Source: the human T2T-CHM13v2.0 reference genome, Homo sapiens
Reading direction: 5' to 3' (one strand)
DNA length: 64,000 nucleotides
NCBI RefSeq assembly: GCF_009914755.1
Contig: NC_060927.1
Position numbers and translations under genes: made by a program. Positions 1-20,127 of the stretch are shown here, in pieces (the stretch's first letter is position 1; each line of letters opens with the position of its first letter). Below the pieces are notes generated by a model. It was not told the DNA's origin and searched no databases. It worked only from the letters and a program-made list of their open reading frames with translations.

Positions 1-3289
<3,289 letters not shown>

Positions 3290-3329
3290 CTAATGTATAT
3301 GACTAAAAATTAAATGGCATAATATGAGG

Positions 3330-3630
3330 AAAGTTGTAAGTGCTATAAAAATAAACAACAAGTCAGGGTAGTCAAAAGTGGTTGGAGTAGTAAGTTTTAA
3401 GTAGCGTAATCAGCGTAGACTTCTGTGCAAATACGTCCTTTGAGCAAAGACTTGGAAGAGGTAAGGGAGCTAGCCATGCAGATAACTGGGAAAAGAATGT
3501 TCCTGGCAAAGGGAACAGCCAGCAGAAGACCCAGAGCGGGAATGTGCCCAGCGCGTTCAAGAACAGTAGGAAGGCCAGCGAAAGAAAAGTAGTAGGAGTG
3601 TATGTAGAGGGGTGATAGATGAAATAAATG
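3330..3630 (-). mobile_element. L2 (LINE-2) fragment
   Basis: Resembles the L2a reverse complement (tttgagcaaagacttggaagaggtaagggagctagccatgcagata...aaagggaacagc...gttcaagaacagtaggaaggccag). Confidence 0.75.
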
Positions 3631-4889
3631 CAAGTAGCATGGCTTATCTGGACATGTTGTTTCTAATCCCCATGGTAAATCCCCCCTTTGTTGGTGAATG
3701 ATTCTTTTCTTTTTCTATCTGGCTTTTTAAATACAGGAGATATTTATAATGTTCATATGGGAAGTCACCAGACAGAGAGTGATTCAAAGAAACATAATTC
3801 TGTCCCAGATTCATAATACAGAAGTTAATAGAACAATTGTTACCAGGTAATTGAAGCAGGTCACCATCTAGAAACTTTGAAATAAAAGCAGGTCAGAGAA
3901 TTTGGTTGCTATCTGTGTAAAAACACATTAAGATCAGAAACAAATAGAGAAATACAGATGATTAATAAGCAAAATAACCAAAAGAATCAGTCTTTTTGGT
4001 CATCACCAAGAAATAATTTTCTACTATTAACATAAATTATTTCTATATAATCTATTTTGAAATATTACAAGTTTGATATACTCTTATTCACTGTTACCAA
4101 AGATAGAGGAACAGAAATTCTCCTACCATGTATTGGGAACATAAATAGGTTACAATTCCACTGGAGGACAATTGGAAATACATCAGCAGCTCTCTTAACT
4201 GGTCTCTTCTTAAACATCTTTCTAGATTAACTGGAACTCACCATTCCCTCTACAAAGCACCAGGTACTCTCTGCATGCAGAACACTTGAAGCTAGCAGGC
4301 TTCTCTCAAGTTCACCTAAGAATTGCTTCTTTCTCAATGGTTAGTGACCAAAGGGATTTATCTACTGAGAGTCAGTTTTGTTTTTCCTAAACTTACTCAT
4401 TTCAGTTGTGTTCTTTATTATAATGCTTATTTAATAAATATTATACAGTATGATGAGATTAAAAAGTGATTTTTTTAATGAAAACTAAGTGCTTTGAAAA
4501 CGCTCAATGAATATGCATTTCATAAGAAAACAAAAAGAAAATTGTCAGATGTGGGTGAGTCAAACTCAAAATAAAATTGTAAAAATCTTGAATTTCAAGT
4601 GCTTTAAGTTCTCTCTCCATTTTAAACAAATTGAAACTAGAATCGTGAATTATTTATTCATTCTACTTGTGATTTATGAGAGGAAGATGACTTAGAACTC
4701 CAAGCAGTAGAATTTACTAATAACAAAAAACAAACAAAACCTTGGCCCAACATAAAAATATTGCCAAGTGAAGTCATAAAAAGCAAATTTTATATATATA
4801 TATGTATCATTTTAAAAGATCTACTGCTTTAAACAACTTCTTTAACCTATCACTCATATTGGGTGAGATGGCTTCTAATGTATATGTCA

Positions 4890-5720
4890 AAAACGTTTAA
4901 ACAATATGGACATGTTTCCAACCTAATAATGAAAAAAAATCACACAAATTCCAATTGAAGGACATTCTACAAATTAGCTAACTGGTACTTTTCAAAAGTA
5001 CCAAGGTCATGAAAAACAATTTGAAAAAGATTAAAAAAACATGACGACTAAATGTGACATGCATTTATGGATTGGATTCTTAACAGAAAAAAAGACATTA
5101 GTCTTATAATACTACTAATTGTAGCTCAATTAAGAGTATTTATCAGTGTTAATTTCCTAGTACTGATAAATGTACTATGGGTAAGATGTTAACCATTAGG
5201 GGAAGCTGGATGTAGAGTATAGAGAAACTGTCTGCACTATCTTTGCAACTCTAATTCTAAAACTATTTCAAAATAAAATTAAACATATATATATATGAAA
5301 AATGCCCTTTACCCAGTTCCAGACACTCTACAACTGATAATTTACATAAGGGAATAAAGATATGTGCAAAAATTTAGCCACAAGATGTTAATTGGAAGTA
5401 AAAGTACAAAATAGGTTTTTTTTTTGTTAAGAATCCAATCCATAAATTCATTAAGCATTACAATCAGTGAAATATTCCATAGTTACTACAATGATATTTT
5501 AGAGGTATAATGATATAGAAAAAATATAATATATTATTAAGTGAATATCTATATATATATTTAAAAAGTCTGTAGAGTATAAATCCATTTGTTTGTGTAT
5601 GTAGACACTCCCACAGAAAAATACACATATATACTCACACAAACATGCATAGAAAAATCTTTGAAAGACCAAAGACATTATAGTAATAGTGATCACTGCT
5701 ACATTTGGGAATCATTGTTG
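4890..5720 (+). mobile_element. Ancient L1 3'-end fragments (L1MC/L1ME-type)
   Basis: ttgaaggacattctacaaa...tcagtgttaatttcct...ggggaagctggatg...ctatctttgcaact...ctaaaactatttcaaaataaaa is typical of L1MC 3' ends; L1ME-like sequence follows. Boundaries approximate. Confidence 0.65.
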
Positions 5721-5864
5721 CTTCATTTTCCCCTAATTTTAATAATTATTGATTAAGCATTAAACTGTGTTTTAATACTAATTTAACTGTGTCCATTGAA
5801 ATAGAACTTCAAATACTTTTTTCTTCCTTTCTTCTTTTTTGGTATGCCCACAGGTGGAACGTTC

Positions 5865-6000
5865 CATCCCTCTGTCTTTCTCCCTATTTCTCTCTTCCTC
5901 TTTCTTTCTTGCTCTCTCTCCTTCCCTCCTTCCCCACTCCCCCTTTCTTCTTTCCCTCTTGCCTTTCCCATCCTTTTCCTTCCTTCTTTCCTTCCTTCAT
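5865..6000. repeat. CT-rich low-complexity tract
   Basis: Almost purely pyrimidine on the + strand. Confidence 0.9.
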
Positions 6001-6563
6001 TTGTCAAGAGAAACTAATGCTACTAGCCATATCTTTGAGATTACTTGAAGGAAACATATTTGCATAAGATTAGTGGCTTCCTGAGATATGTAAAAGTATA
6101 AGAGCTTAAACCATGGTCCCCCCAAGACTCAAGATTATTAAAACTTGTCAGATTAGGATAACCCCAACAGTGATTCAGCGACAATGAAAGGCAAAGAAGC
6201 CACAGAAATTTGGTCACCATGAGGGCAGAAAAAGCTAAGCCCAAGCCACATGACTGTTGGGAGAAGAGTGGTTCTGCATAGGTGAGGGGGCCCAGGCATA
6301 TCCCAAATTAGTCTTTCCATGGGCAGCCTTATGTCTTCCTGAAGTAACTATGTGCATAAATCTAAAGAACTAGAATATTGGGACCTCAGGACAATTTCAT
6401 TATGGAACACCACTGTCCTCAGAGAGTACTGAGGAGGTTGTTAGGGAGAAAGGTTATCCTTCTCAGAAATATTGAAGAATCACTCGGCAGTGATCTGCAA
6501 TGGTTGATACAAAAGTTACTGGATTTTACAGTTCATCATCATAAGTCTCATCTTACAGTACAT

Positions 6564-6999
6564 TGCTAAAACTTATTCAGTAATATTTGTTAAAGCACAG
6601 TAAGGAAGACTTTATTCAGGACAATCATAATAGGTATAGAGGCCACTGCAACTGGGTCTTGCAGTGAAAGAGAGAAATTGAGCTCAACTCTGAAAATAGC
6701 ATGGGCAAGTGGGAGTTTATAGCCAAGGAGCAAGGTGGGAGTCAGTTAACAGAAAATTATTAAGCAGAAACATCAGGGCTTAGAGGGATTCTGGCTAAGC
6801 TGACCTAACAGGATTCTAGCTGAAGACAGGCTGAAGTGATCATTTATCACTTGGGGAATAGTGGAGGATGAGGAACCCAATCAGATATTGAGGATGATCA
6901 GATGTTTGAGGGGGTGGTTCTTGCTAAACTGACTTAGTTGGGTTCTTTACTAAAACTGGATTTTACAAGGAAGTACACAGATGGATGCGTTGGAGAAGG
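6564..6999 (-). mobile_element. ERV1-class solo LTR, MER31-like, partially truncated
   Basis: gactttattcaggac...tttatagccaaggagca...cttgctaaactgacttag...ctaaaactggattttacaaggaagtacacagatg matches my recall of the MER31 reverse complement. Confidence 0.75.
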
Positions 7000-7060
7000 C
7001 AGTGGTTTTTAAGAGTAACCAACATCTACTGGCATTTGCGAAATCCTCCAGCTCAAGAGG

Positions 7061-7248
7061 TAGGATTGCTAGATTTAGCAAACTAAAATACAAAATGCTC
7101 AGTTAAATTTGAATTTAGGTAAACAATGAATAATTTTGTTAGTGTAACTATGTCTCAAACTTTGCATAGGACATGCTTATACTAAAAAATTATTTGTTGT
7201 TTATCTGAAATTCATGATTAACTGGGCATCCATTTTCCAGCAACTCTA
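7061..7248. mobile_element. MER53 palindromic MITE (hAT-class)
   Basis: taggattgctagatttagcaaa...cagttaaatttgaattt...tatgtc/gacat...ttatctgaaattc...aactgggcatc...gcaactcta; near-palindromic. Confidence 0.88.
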
Positions 7249-8789
7249 TCAGGTGATGAACCCAAATTCACACTCTAGCAGGGTAATTATATATTACTTC
7301 TCATTTTTCTAACTTAAAATATTACTAAAGAAAATATTATAATAGAAAACATTAGCATTAGACTTCATGGTGTCTTTAATACCTTGTCAAGTAGATACTA
7401 CAAAAAAGAGAAAAGATAGCAGATGGCAGCTGAGCTCACTTTTTAAGAGGGGTCCTATTACTCTTGAGCTAGGAGTCATTGCATATTAGATTTAAAGGAG
7501 AACTTTAACCATAGGAATTGTTTTGGGCATTTTAATTGCATGAAAAATAAAAGCAGTAGAGCTAGCAACAAGACAAAAATAGGCCCAGCCCTTGGAATAC
7601 AAAAGGGAGGTTAGGTGAGTTGTCAGGGAGAGAGATTGGATTTCTTGTTCTCCTACTAATATAAATTAGTAAAGTCAAATATAATGCTTGGAAATGTGGT
7701 TCACTGCTGGGGGCAGTTATTCATACCCAAGCTATAAGTCAGGACACCTCCAATTACATCTACAATGATCACTTGGAAAATAAAGAATTAGAATTATTAA
7801 GAAATTAAAGAAATAAGCTAAGCTTTGGAAGCCAGGAATTCAGGGAAGAAGCTAAAAAAATCAGATGAGTAACTGATGTCACGGCAAGCAAATGTGGAAC
7901 CCAGAAAACTGTGTCTTAATCAACACCCCTGCCACAAGAACTCAGAAAAGCTTAATTCCAAGGCAGGAAGTACTTGATTTCTTAATATTTCCTGCCAGAG
8001 GGAGATGGTGACTAAACTAGTCTCCCTGGGGCTGCAAGTGACTACAGGGACGTCATCATAGTTATCCTTGTGTTCCAAATGTGTAGGCTTTTGCATATCA
8101 TATAAATCATTCAAACTGTGTGGGAAGAATTGGTAGTACAACTGGAGTTCTAACATAAGGTAGAGGTTAAACAAAGTTATTCAGCTTTTTCAGCAACAAA
8201 GAATACTAATCCACTTTGTAGCCATGATTTCATTTGCAATACAATGAATAACTAAGGACTTAATAAATGCTTTTTGATGGGAATTGGAATGTAATAAATC
8301 ATAATAGAAGGACCATGAAAAGACCTGAAGGGAAAATTTACTGCTACCTATATAAGACCAACATGACAGGAGGAGTCAGCTGGGCAAATATTTGACTTAC
8401 TGTGCTTGTCTCTATCTGTCCTTGCCCCTAAAGGTTTTAAAAGAGCTTAGCTGGGCAAACACATTCTTGCTTGGTGGTCTAGCATGAACACACTTAATGA
8501 CAATGAGTTATTCCTTTCTAGTTGTGCTGTGTTTTCTTCAACAAGGGTTTAGTTCCTTCTGGAACACATAAATCAAATTAAGCAATTACTAAGTTTTTAC
8601 CTTGGATTCCATCTCCAAATATGTCCTATGTATTTGTTCCCCAGTACATATTTGCTAGGGAATATTAAAGAGACTTTACCATCAAATTATTGAAATTAAT
8701 TCATTCAAACATTTCTCAGGGCCTATTATGTGCAAAGATTTCCATGATGTTAAAATAAATTTTTTTGATGGAACTAAGCAATCTCTCTG

Positions 8790-9320
8790 CTGGGCAAATA
8801 TCTAAGAATGTTCATGAGCATTATCAATAATAGCAAAACTGAAAGCAACCCAAAAGTTCGTTAGTAATATAATGAATATTGTAAAATATTTATACAATGA
8901 AACACTATTTGTGACTGAAATTAATTAATTCAACTTATATTCATCAATATGAATGAATTTCAAAATCATCTTGCTGAAATCACAAAAATTCATACAGTAG
9001 GATTCAATTTATATAAAGTTTAAAAATTTTTAAATATAATAATAAAACAAAATGTAGAATAAACAATATAAAAGTGTTTAAGGATAGATATCTAGATGGC
9101 AAAACTTCAAAGAAAGCAAGGAGAATAAAAATGTAAGACCAAGATTAATCGCTGGGAGAGAGTTTGAGGGATGCAATTGGCAAGGTGCCTCCAAGGTGCT
9201 GGTTATATCCTGTTTCTTAACCCTGGGTGGTGGGTACAGAGATATTTATTTTATTATTTAAGCCCTACAGATAGGTTTTATATACTTTTCTGTATGTACC
9301 TATATCTCGAAAAATTTTAC
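8790..9320 (+). mobile_element. Ancient L1 (L1ME-type) 3' fragment
   Basis: aagaatgttcat...aatagcaaaactgaaagcaaccc...tacaatgaaacactat...caatttatataaagtt...tcctgtttcttaaccctgggtggtgg. Boundaries approximate. Confidence 0.7.
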
Positions 9321-9904
9321 ACAGAGGTGTAAAGAATAAATGAAATGGAAGCCACTGGGAGATTTTTTTCTATTTTGATATCTCAGGAATATCAAAACTA
9401 TTTTAAAAATTAATTAGCTACTCTACTAAAAATAACTTTCTCTAGGTATTCTCTAGGTAAGTATTCAGACATTGATAGACAATAGATAATTTAGATGATC
9501 ACCATTGTGGAGCAAATGTGGAAAAATGAGGAATATCTGTGAAGAAAATCTATCATCTGTCTTCAGCTCTAAGGTAGTCATATCTTGTTAAACAGGAAAC
9601 TCATGTTATTATTTGGTATAAATTTAAAAAATGACAATGAATTAACTGAGATGACATCCCACTCTACATAACTGCAATATCTATTAGCAGAAAGTAATTG
9701 GCTGAATGTCAAACAAAATTAGGCCGCAAAACTGACTGGATGGTCAATGACCCCTTTACACAGATGGTGAGAATTTGATCCAGAGCTAGCCAGTATTAAA
9801 AACATAATATTAGAGATATTTAAAAATTTTATTAGAGCTCTTAATTCACAAACCAATTTCTCTTTTACAGTGAGAAAGAGAAAAAATAGTGTTTAAATAG
9901 ATTT

Positions 9905-10070
9905 ACCAAGGAAAAGTTAATGGAGTTGAGATTATTTGACCAGGAGACAGGAAAATTAAAAAGCCATTAATGGTTGACCTCAGACTCATGAAGGCTTATA
10001 CAGAGACTGAGCAGATGTTTCCTGTGGCTGGAGAAGAACAAACAGGAGATATCGCATTTAAATTGAAATA
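9905..10070 (+). mobile_element. Probable L3/CR1 LINE relic
   Basis: Weak resemblance to the CR1 3' region (ggagttgagattatttgaccaggaga...gtttcctgtggctggagaagaacaaacagga). Confidence 0.35.
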
Positions 10071-10071
10071 G

Positions 10072-10135
10072 GATAGATAGATGAGAGATAGATAGATAGA
10101 TAGATACATGCATGCATACATACACATACATGTAT
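10072..10135. repeat. (GATA)n / (CATA)n compound microsatellite
   Basis: gatagatagatgagagatagatagatagatagatacatgcatgcatacatacacataca. Confidence 0.9.
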
Positions 10136-12013
10136 ACTAATATAGGTTTTTCTCTTTATAAATATACATAAAAATGTCTGAAAGGATATGCAACAACACT
10201 TAACAGGAATTTTCTTCTGAGGAATGTCATCAGGAGAGAGTAAGACTTGGAATATGCATCTTCACTTTCTATTATTCCATATTATTTGATGTTTTTGTAC
10301 ATGAAGCATATATTACTTTTTACTTTTCTAATTTAAATTATTTTGATTATAAATTAAAAACATAGCTCTAAATATTTGTGGATTACAAAGTGATGTTATG
10401 ATTTTTAGCACAGTGTGGAATGATACACATATACATCACCTCAAATATTAATAAATTATTAATAAAGAAAAAATTATAATAGAAAACATTTGAACTAGAC
10501 AGCATCATGGCTCTGAGTCTGTTATCTCTGTTATTTCAATTGGAAACAAATAACTTTTAACCATAAGCATTGTCTGAGTCAAGCATTGTTTAGTTGTAAG
10601 AAATAGAAATTCACTTGAGTTAACTTAAAGCTCTTGCAGAGGACAGGAAGTAGGGAACGGCCAGGAACGATGTGTGAGGCAAGATGGCCAAATAGGAACA
10701 GGTTCGGTCTGCAGCTCCCAGCAAGACCAATGCAGAAGGCAGGTGATTTCTGCATTTCCAATTGAGGTACCCGGCTCATCTCATTGGGACTGGTTAGACA
10801 ATGGGTTCAGCCCACGGAGGGTGAGCAGAAGCAGGGTGAGGCATCACCTCACCCAGGAAGTGCAAGGGGTCGAGGAACTACCTCCCCTAGCCAAGGAAAG
10901 CCATGAGGGAATGTGCCACGAGAGACAGTGCTATCTGGCCCAGATAGTATACTTGTCCCACTCCCACTGTCTTTGCAACATGGAGACCAGGAGATTCCCT
11001 CGGGTACCTAAACCACCAGGGCCCTGGGGTTTTAAGCACAAAACTGGGCAGCCATTTAAGCAGACATGGAGCTAGCAGGAGTTTTTTTGTTTTTGTTTTT
11101 GTTTTTTTTTACCACAGTGGCCCCAGGAACACCAGTGAGACAGAACCATTCACTCCCCTGGAAAGGAAGCTGAAGCCAGGGAGCCAAGTGGTCTTGCTCA
11201 GCAGATCCCACCCCCATGGAGCCCAACAAGCTAAGGTCCACTGGCTTGAAATTCTTTCTGCCAGCACAGCAGTCTGAAGTTGACCTGGGACACTCAAGCT
11301 TGGTGGGGGGAGGGGAGTCTGCCATTACTGAGGTTTGAGTAGGCAGTTTTCCCTTCACAGTGTAAACAAACCCCCAGAAAGTTCAAACGGGTCAGAACCC
11401 ACTGAAGCCAGACTGCCTCTCTAGATTGCTCCTCTCTGGGCAGGGCATCTCTGAAAAAGAGGCAGCATCCCCAGTCAGGAGCTTATATATAGAACTCCCA
11501 TTTCCCAAGGACAGAGCACGTGGGGGAAAGGGCAGCTGTGGGTGCAGCTTCAGCAGATTTAAACGTTCCTGACTGCAGGCTCTGAAGAGAGTAGGGGATC
11601 TCCCAGCACAGCACTTGAGCTCTGCTAGGGGACAGACTGCCTTCTCAAATGGGTTCCTGAACCCCGTGCCTCCTGACTGGGGGACACCTCCCAGCAGGGG
11701 CCGACAGACACCTCATACAGGAGAGCCCCAGCTGGCATCTGGTGGGTGCCCCTCTGGGATGAAGCTTCCAGAGGAAGGAGAAGGCAGTAATCTTTGCTGT
11801 TCTGCAGCCTCCGCTGGTGATACCCAGGTAAACAGGGTCTGGAGTGGACCTCCAGCAAATTCCAGCACAGCTGCAGAAGAGGGGCCTTACTGTTAAAAGA
11901 AAAACTAACATATTGAAAGCAATAATATCAACATCAACAAAAACAACGCCTACCCCCAAACCCCATCCGAACGTCACCAAAATTAAGGATCAAAGGTAGA
12001 TAAATCCACGAAG

Positions 12014-13041
12014 ATGAGGAAAAACCAGCCCCAAAAAGGGTGAAAATTCCAAAAACCAAAACAACTCCTCTCCTCCAAAAGATCACAACTCCTCACCAGC
12101 AAGAGAACAAAACTGGAAAGATAATGAGTTTGATGAATTAACAGAAGTAGGCTTCAAAACATGGGTAATAACAAACTCCTCCAAGCTAAAGGAGCATGTT
12201 CTAACCCAAAGCAAGGAAGCTAAGACACTTGATAGAAGGTTAGAGGAACTGCTAACTAGAATAACCAGTATAAAGAAGAACATAAATGACCTGATGTAGC
12301 TGAAAAACACAGTACGAGAACTTTGTGAGGCATACACAAGTATCAATAGCTGAATCAATCAAGTGGAAGAAAGGATATCAGAGATTGATGATCAAGTTAA
12401 TGAAATAAAGCATGAAGACAAGATTACAGAAAAAAGAATGAAAAGCAACAAACAAAGCATCCAAAAAATATGGGACTACGTGAAAAGACCAAACCTACCT
12501 TTGATTGGTGTACCTGAAAGTGATGGGGAGAATGGAACCAAGTAGGAAAACACACTTCAGGATATTATCCAGGAGAACTTCTGCAACCTAGCAAGACAGG
12601 TCAACATTCAAATTCAGGAAATAACAGAGAACATCACAAAGATACTCCTTGAGAAGTGCAACCCCAAGACACATAATCGTCAGATTTACCGAGGTTGAAA
12701 TGAAGGAAAAAATGTTAAGGGCAAACAGAGAGAAAGGTCAAGTTACCCACAAAGGGAAGCCCATCAGACTAACAGCGGATCTCTCTGAAGAAACCCTACA
12801 AGCCAGAAGAGAGTGGGGGCCAATATTCAACATTCTTAAAGAAAAGAATTTTCAACCCAGATTTTCATAACCAGCCAAACTAAGTTTCATAAGTGAAGGA
12901 GAAATAAAACTCTTTACAGACAAGCAAATGCTGAGGAATTTTGTCACCACCAGGCCTGCTTTACAAGAGATCCTTAAGGAAGCACCAAATATGTAAAGGA
13001 AAAACTGGTACCAGCCACTGGAAAAACATACCAAAATATAA
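12014..13041 (+). pseudogene. Disrupted L1 ORF1 of the L1PA7-like element
   Basis: Fragments IWDYVKRPNL and TPRHIIVRF...LQARREWGPIFNILKEKNFQPR; in-frame stops and frameshifts. Confidence 0.9.
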
Positions 13042-13103
13042 TGACCATCGACACTATGAAGAAACTGCATCAAATAATGGGCAAAATAACCAGCTAGCAT
13101 CAT

Positions 13104-16906
<3,803 letters not shown>

Positions 16907-19006
16907 ACAATGAGAACACATGGACCCTGGGAGGGGAACATCACACACTGGGGTTGTCAGGGGGTGAGGGGCAAGGGCAGGGATAGCATTAGGAGAAATA
17001 CCTAATGTAGATGACGGGTCGATGGGTGGAGCAAACTAGCATGCCACATGTATACCTATTAACCAACCTGCACATACTGCACATGTATCTTAGAACTTAA
17101 AGTATAATTTAAAAAAAAAAGACTTAAAAAAAAAAAGAAAAGGAAAAGAATGGCCAGGAACTGGAAAGAAAGCTGGCGGGAGCCCCCCATCCCAAATGCT
17201 CTCTTCTTTCTGCTCCTCTATGATTATTTGCTTTCCTCTTCTCTTTTTCTATGTGTAAACCATTTTCCTCATTTTTCTGTGCATAAGAGATGGTGTCCTT
17301 CATTTCTGAATCTACATTATTTTCTAAAACTAGCTTTTATAGCCAACTCCCTAAACTTTCTTTTTTTCACAAATTACAGAGTGTTTCACTAGACAATTCC
17401 TGAAGTTGTGTGAGCAGAAATCTATAACCATTTCATTACTTTACAGTGGTAAGACTGATTTGTAGCTTTTTCTGTGAATGTGTCAACCTTCACTTCAAAG
17501 ACTTCAGGCTTGTATTGAATGAGATATATATGAGCTTTATGAAGCTTTTTTAATGCAAAATATACAAACATGTTGTAAAAATAAATATTATCAAAAATAG
17601 TTTATGTTTCTACTCAAATGCACTTATGGAAAGGAATGATAATTTATCCAAAAAGCCATTTAGAATTTTACCAACAATATCTCATTCAAATAATGAGGTA
17701 AGACATTTCCTAAAATATCTTTTGTTTGTAATTTTCAGTGCAGTACTTTATATAAGGGCCATTCATCCTGCTTTTAATTTGTATTTATTGAAGGAGTGAC
17801 TGTTAGTTTAGTGCCCACAATTTTTTTCTTACTTTATTTTAATTCCAAATAAGAAATTTACAACTTCATATCTTAACTAGCAGTTTTACTTTGTAAACAT
17901 TACAGAGTGGGAGAAGCCATAAAACATGAATCCTTATTTTACTAAAATAAAATGTCTAAATCCCATTTTAAATCCCAGATTGTCCCCTAATGTCAGTCAG
18001 CTTTACCGGAGTGTTAGATTCATATGTCCATTTTTTTCCAGTTCACAGACATTGATGGAGAGTGATCTCTGAGAATGTGAAATGGACAAGTTCTCTAAGA
18101 TATGGAAGGTGGGGGCAGGAAGGAAATAATAGCATCTCTTCTAAAAGGGTGCTATGTTGCTCTAATAGTGTGCAAAAGTTTGACTTTTGGGAATATGCTG
18201 TCCACTCCATATGCTCCAAAGTTCAGTGTCAAATTTATTTATAATATTTATATATGATAATTTTAGTAATATTATATTTGAATTTTCATCAGACTATTTT
18301 ATCCATGGAAATTTGTATTTATATTATTTAGAAAAGATACACTTAAAAGGGTATGCGTTGCTTTATAAATCAGAAACATCTCTGCAAACTCAGAAGCCTG
18401 AGAAGGCTGCTTAACATAAAATACCTATGCCATGAGGAAAGGTGAAAATAACAAAAGTCACTCTGGGGCTGTAAAGGAAGATGACACGTTATGGATTCCA
18501 TATAACCTTGTGGGCAATATGTCCAAGGAGATGCTGCCAGTCTCCTCTAGACAAGAGAAATTCTGGTGTTTTGCTGGAAAGAGACAGGCTGAGAAAAGAA
18601 GTCAATGTATTAGGTATATTCATGAAGATAATATATGAAAAAATGAGCAATAGAAACCAGTTTCTAACATAAAACTTAAAATAACAATGTACAAAGAGAC
18701 AAATGCAATTTGGCCAAATAAAAGAAAAACCTGTTGAGAGAATAATTTCTTTTTATTGTCATGACCTGGAAGTGAATTTTTTACTCTTTGTTTCTCATCT
18801 TTATTTCAATTGTAGCTTCCATAACCTTCAACCTGAATATTTAATTAAACCAAAAGATAGTTGAGGTATGAGGAATTTATTTACAAATAGGAATCTATTG
18901 TGAATCATATCTTAATAGCTTGGCATCACACATCTAATCATACAAACTTTTTTTCAGGAAAGGGAGATATGAAAAAGTACAGACTAGATGAAGGACTCTT
19001 TCATTC

Positions 19007-19312
19007 TTTTTTTTTTTTTTTTTTTTTTTGAGATGAAGTCTCCCTCTTGTGCCCCAGGCTGGAGTGCAATGGCGCCATCTCAGGTCACTGAAACCTCTGC
19101 CTCCCAGATTCAAGCGATTCTCCTGCCTCAGCCCCCCGAGTAGCTGGGATTACAGGTGCCTGCCACCAGGCCCGGCTAATTTTTGTATTTTTAGTAGAGA
19201 CAGGGTTTTACCATGTTGGCCAGGCTGGTCTAGAACTCCTGACCTCAGGTGATCCACCCGCCTCGGCCTCCCAAAGTGCTGGGATTACAGGCGTGAGCCA
19301 CAGCGCCCGGCC
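19007..19312 (-). mobile_element. AluS (Sx/Sq-like) full length
   Basis: Poly-T followed by reverse-complement Alu ending gcgcccggcc; TSD aggactctttca at 18992-19003 and 19313-19324. Confidence 0.97.
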
Positions 19313-19769
19313 AGGACTCTTTCAAAGTAAGGAAGGTTCAGAGCACTATTAAAGAGTTCCAGAAATTGGTGCAGTGTCAATAAACTGTGATCCTGACAAT
19401 CAGTGAATATAATCAAAACTAGAAGATTTTTATTATAGTTTAACATTATCTATACTTCTCTTAATTAGTTTGTTATTAAGAGAAAGAAGTCATGGGCCAA
19501 TAACTTTAAATATATAGATGTTCTTCTATGGCTAGAACTTTACACTTTGCATAGGCCTCCAATCTTGAGAACATGCATTGTAGGCTAGCCCCAGGTAATA
19601 TTTGGAAAGACACAGCAGAGAGCTCAGTGCATTTTAAAAACCATGTCTGAACAAGGTATTTTAAACATTTTTCCTTAGGAGATCAATAATATATTTCAAT
19701 AAAGGAACAGAACATAAATTCAAAAAAAATTTATCTGTGGGGTAACTACTTGCCTAATTTAAACTAGTG

Positions 19770-19953
19770 GTTTATGGTGCTCAAAACACAATTCCCAGAC
19801 CAGCAGCACAAGGACCACTTAGAAACTTATTGGCAATACAAATGTTTAGTCTCCATGCCAAACCTACTGAATCAAAAATTCTGAGAGCGGGGCCCAGCAA
19901 TTTTAACAAGACTTCCACGTGACTCAGATGCATTACAGTTTAAGAACCACAGC
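19770..19953. mobile_element. MER5A-like hAT-Charlie MITE
   Basis: cccagaccagcagca...aacctactgaatca...ggggcccagcaa...ttttaacaag...agtttaagaaccac. Confidence 0.8.
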
Positions 19954-20127
19954 TTTAAACCATTCTAATCTAATGACTTTTATTGGAAAAAGGGGAAAAT
20001 CTAGGCCACTGATAAAAATGAATTCTTTATCAAAACACCAGAAAACATATTCTTGATGGATTTATCATTCAGCCTAGGATAAAGATTAACCAAAATAATT
20101 GCAATTCAGCAGACTTTAAGCATTACA

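Noticed and set aside
5783-6067. Overlapping low-complexity ORFs on both strands
   Set aside because: They derive from the CT-rich tract, which lacks stop codons by composition.
17108-17147. Possible 3' transduction in the L1PA7 tail (A10-gactt-A11...)
   Set aside because: Only 5 non-A bases and no separate poly(A) signal; indistinguishable from tail decay.
18040-18112. Strong acceptor tttttttccag followed by a possible donor
   Set aside because: All three frames contain stops and the donor (gtgggg) is poor.
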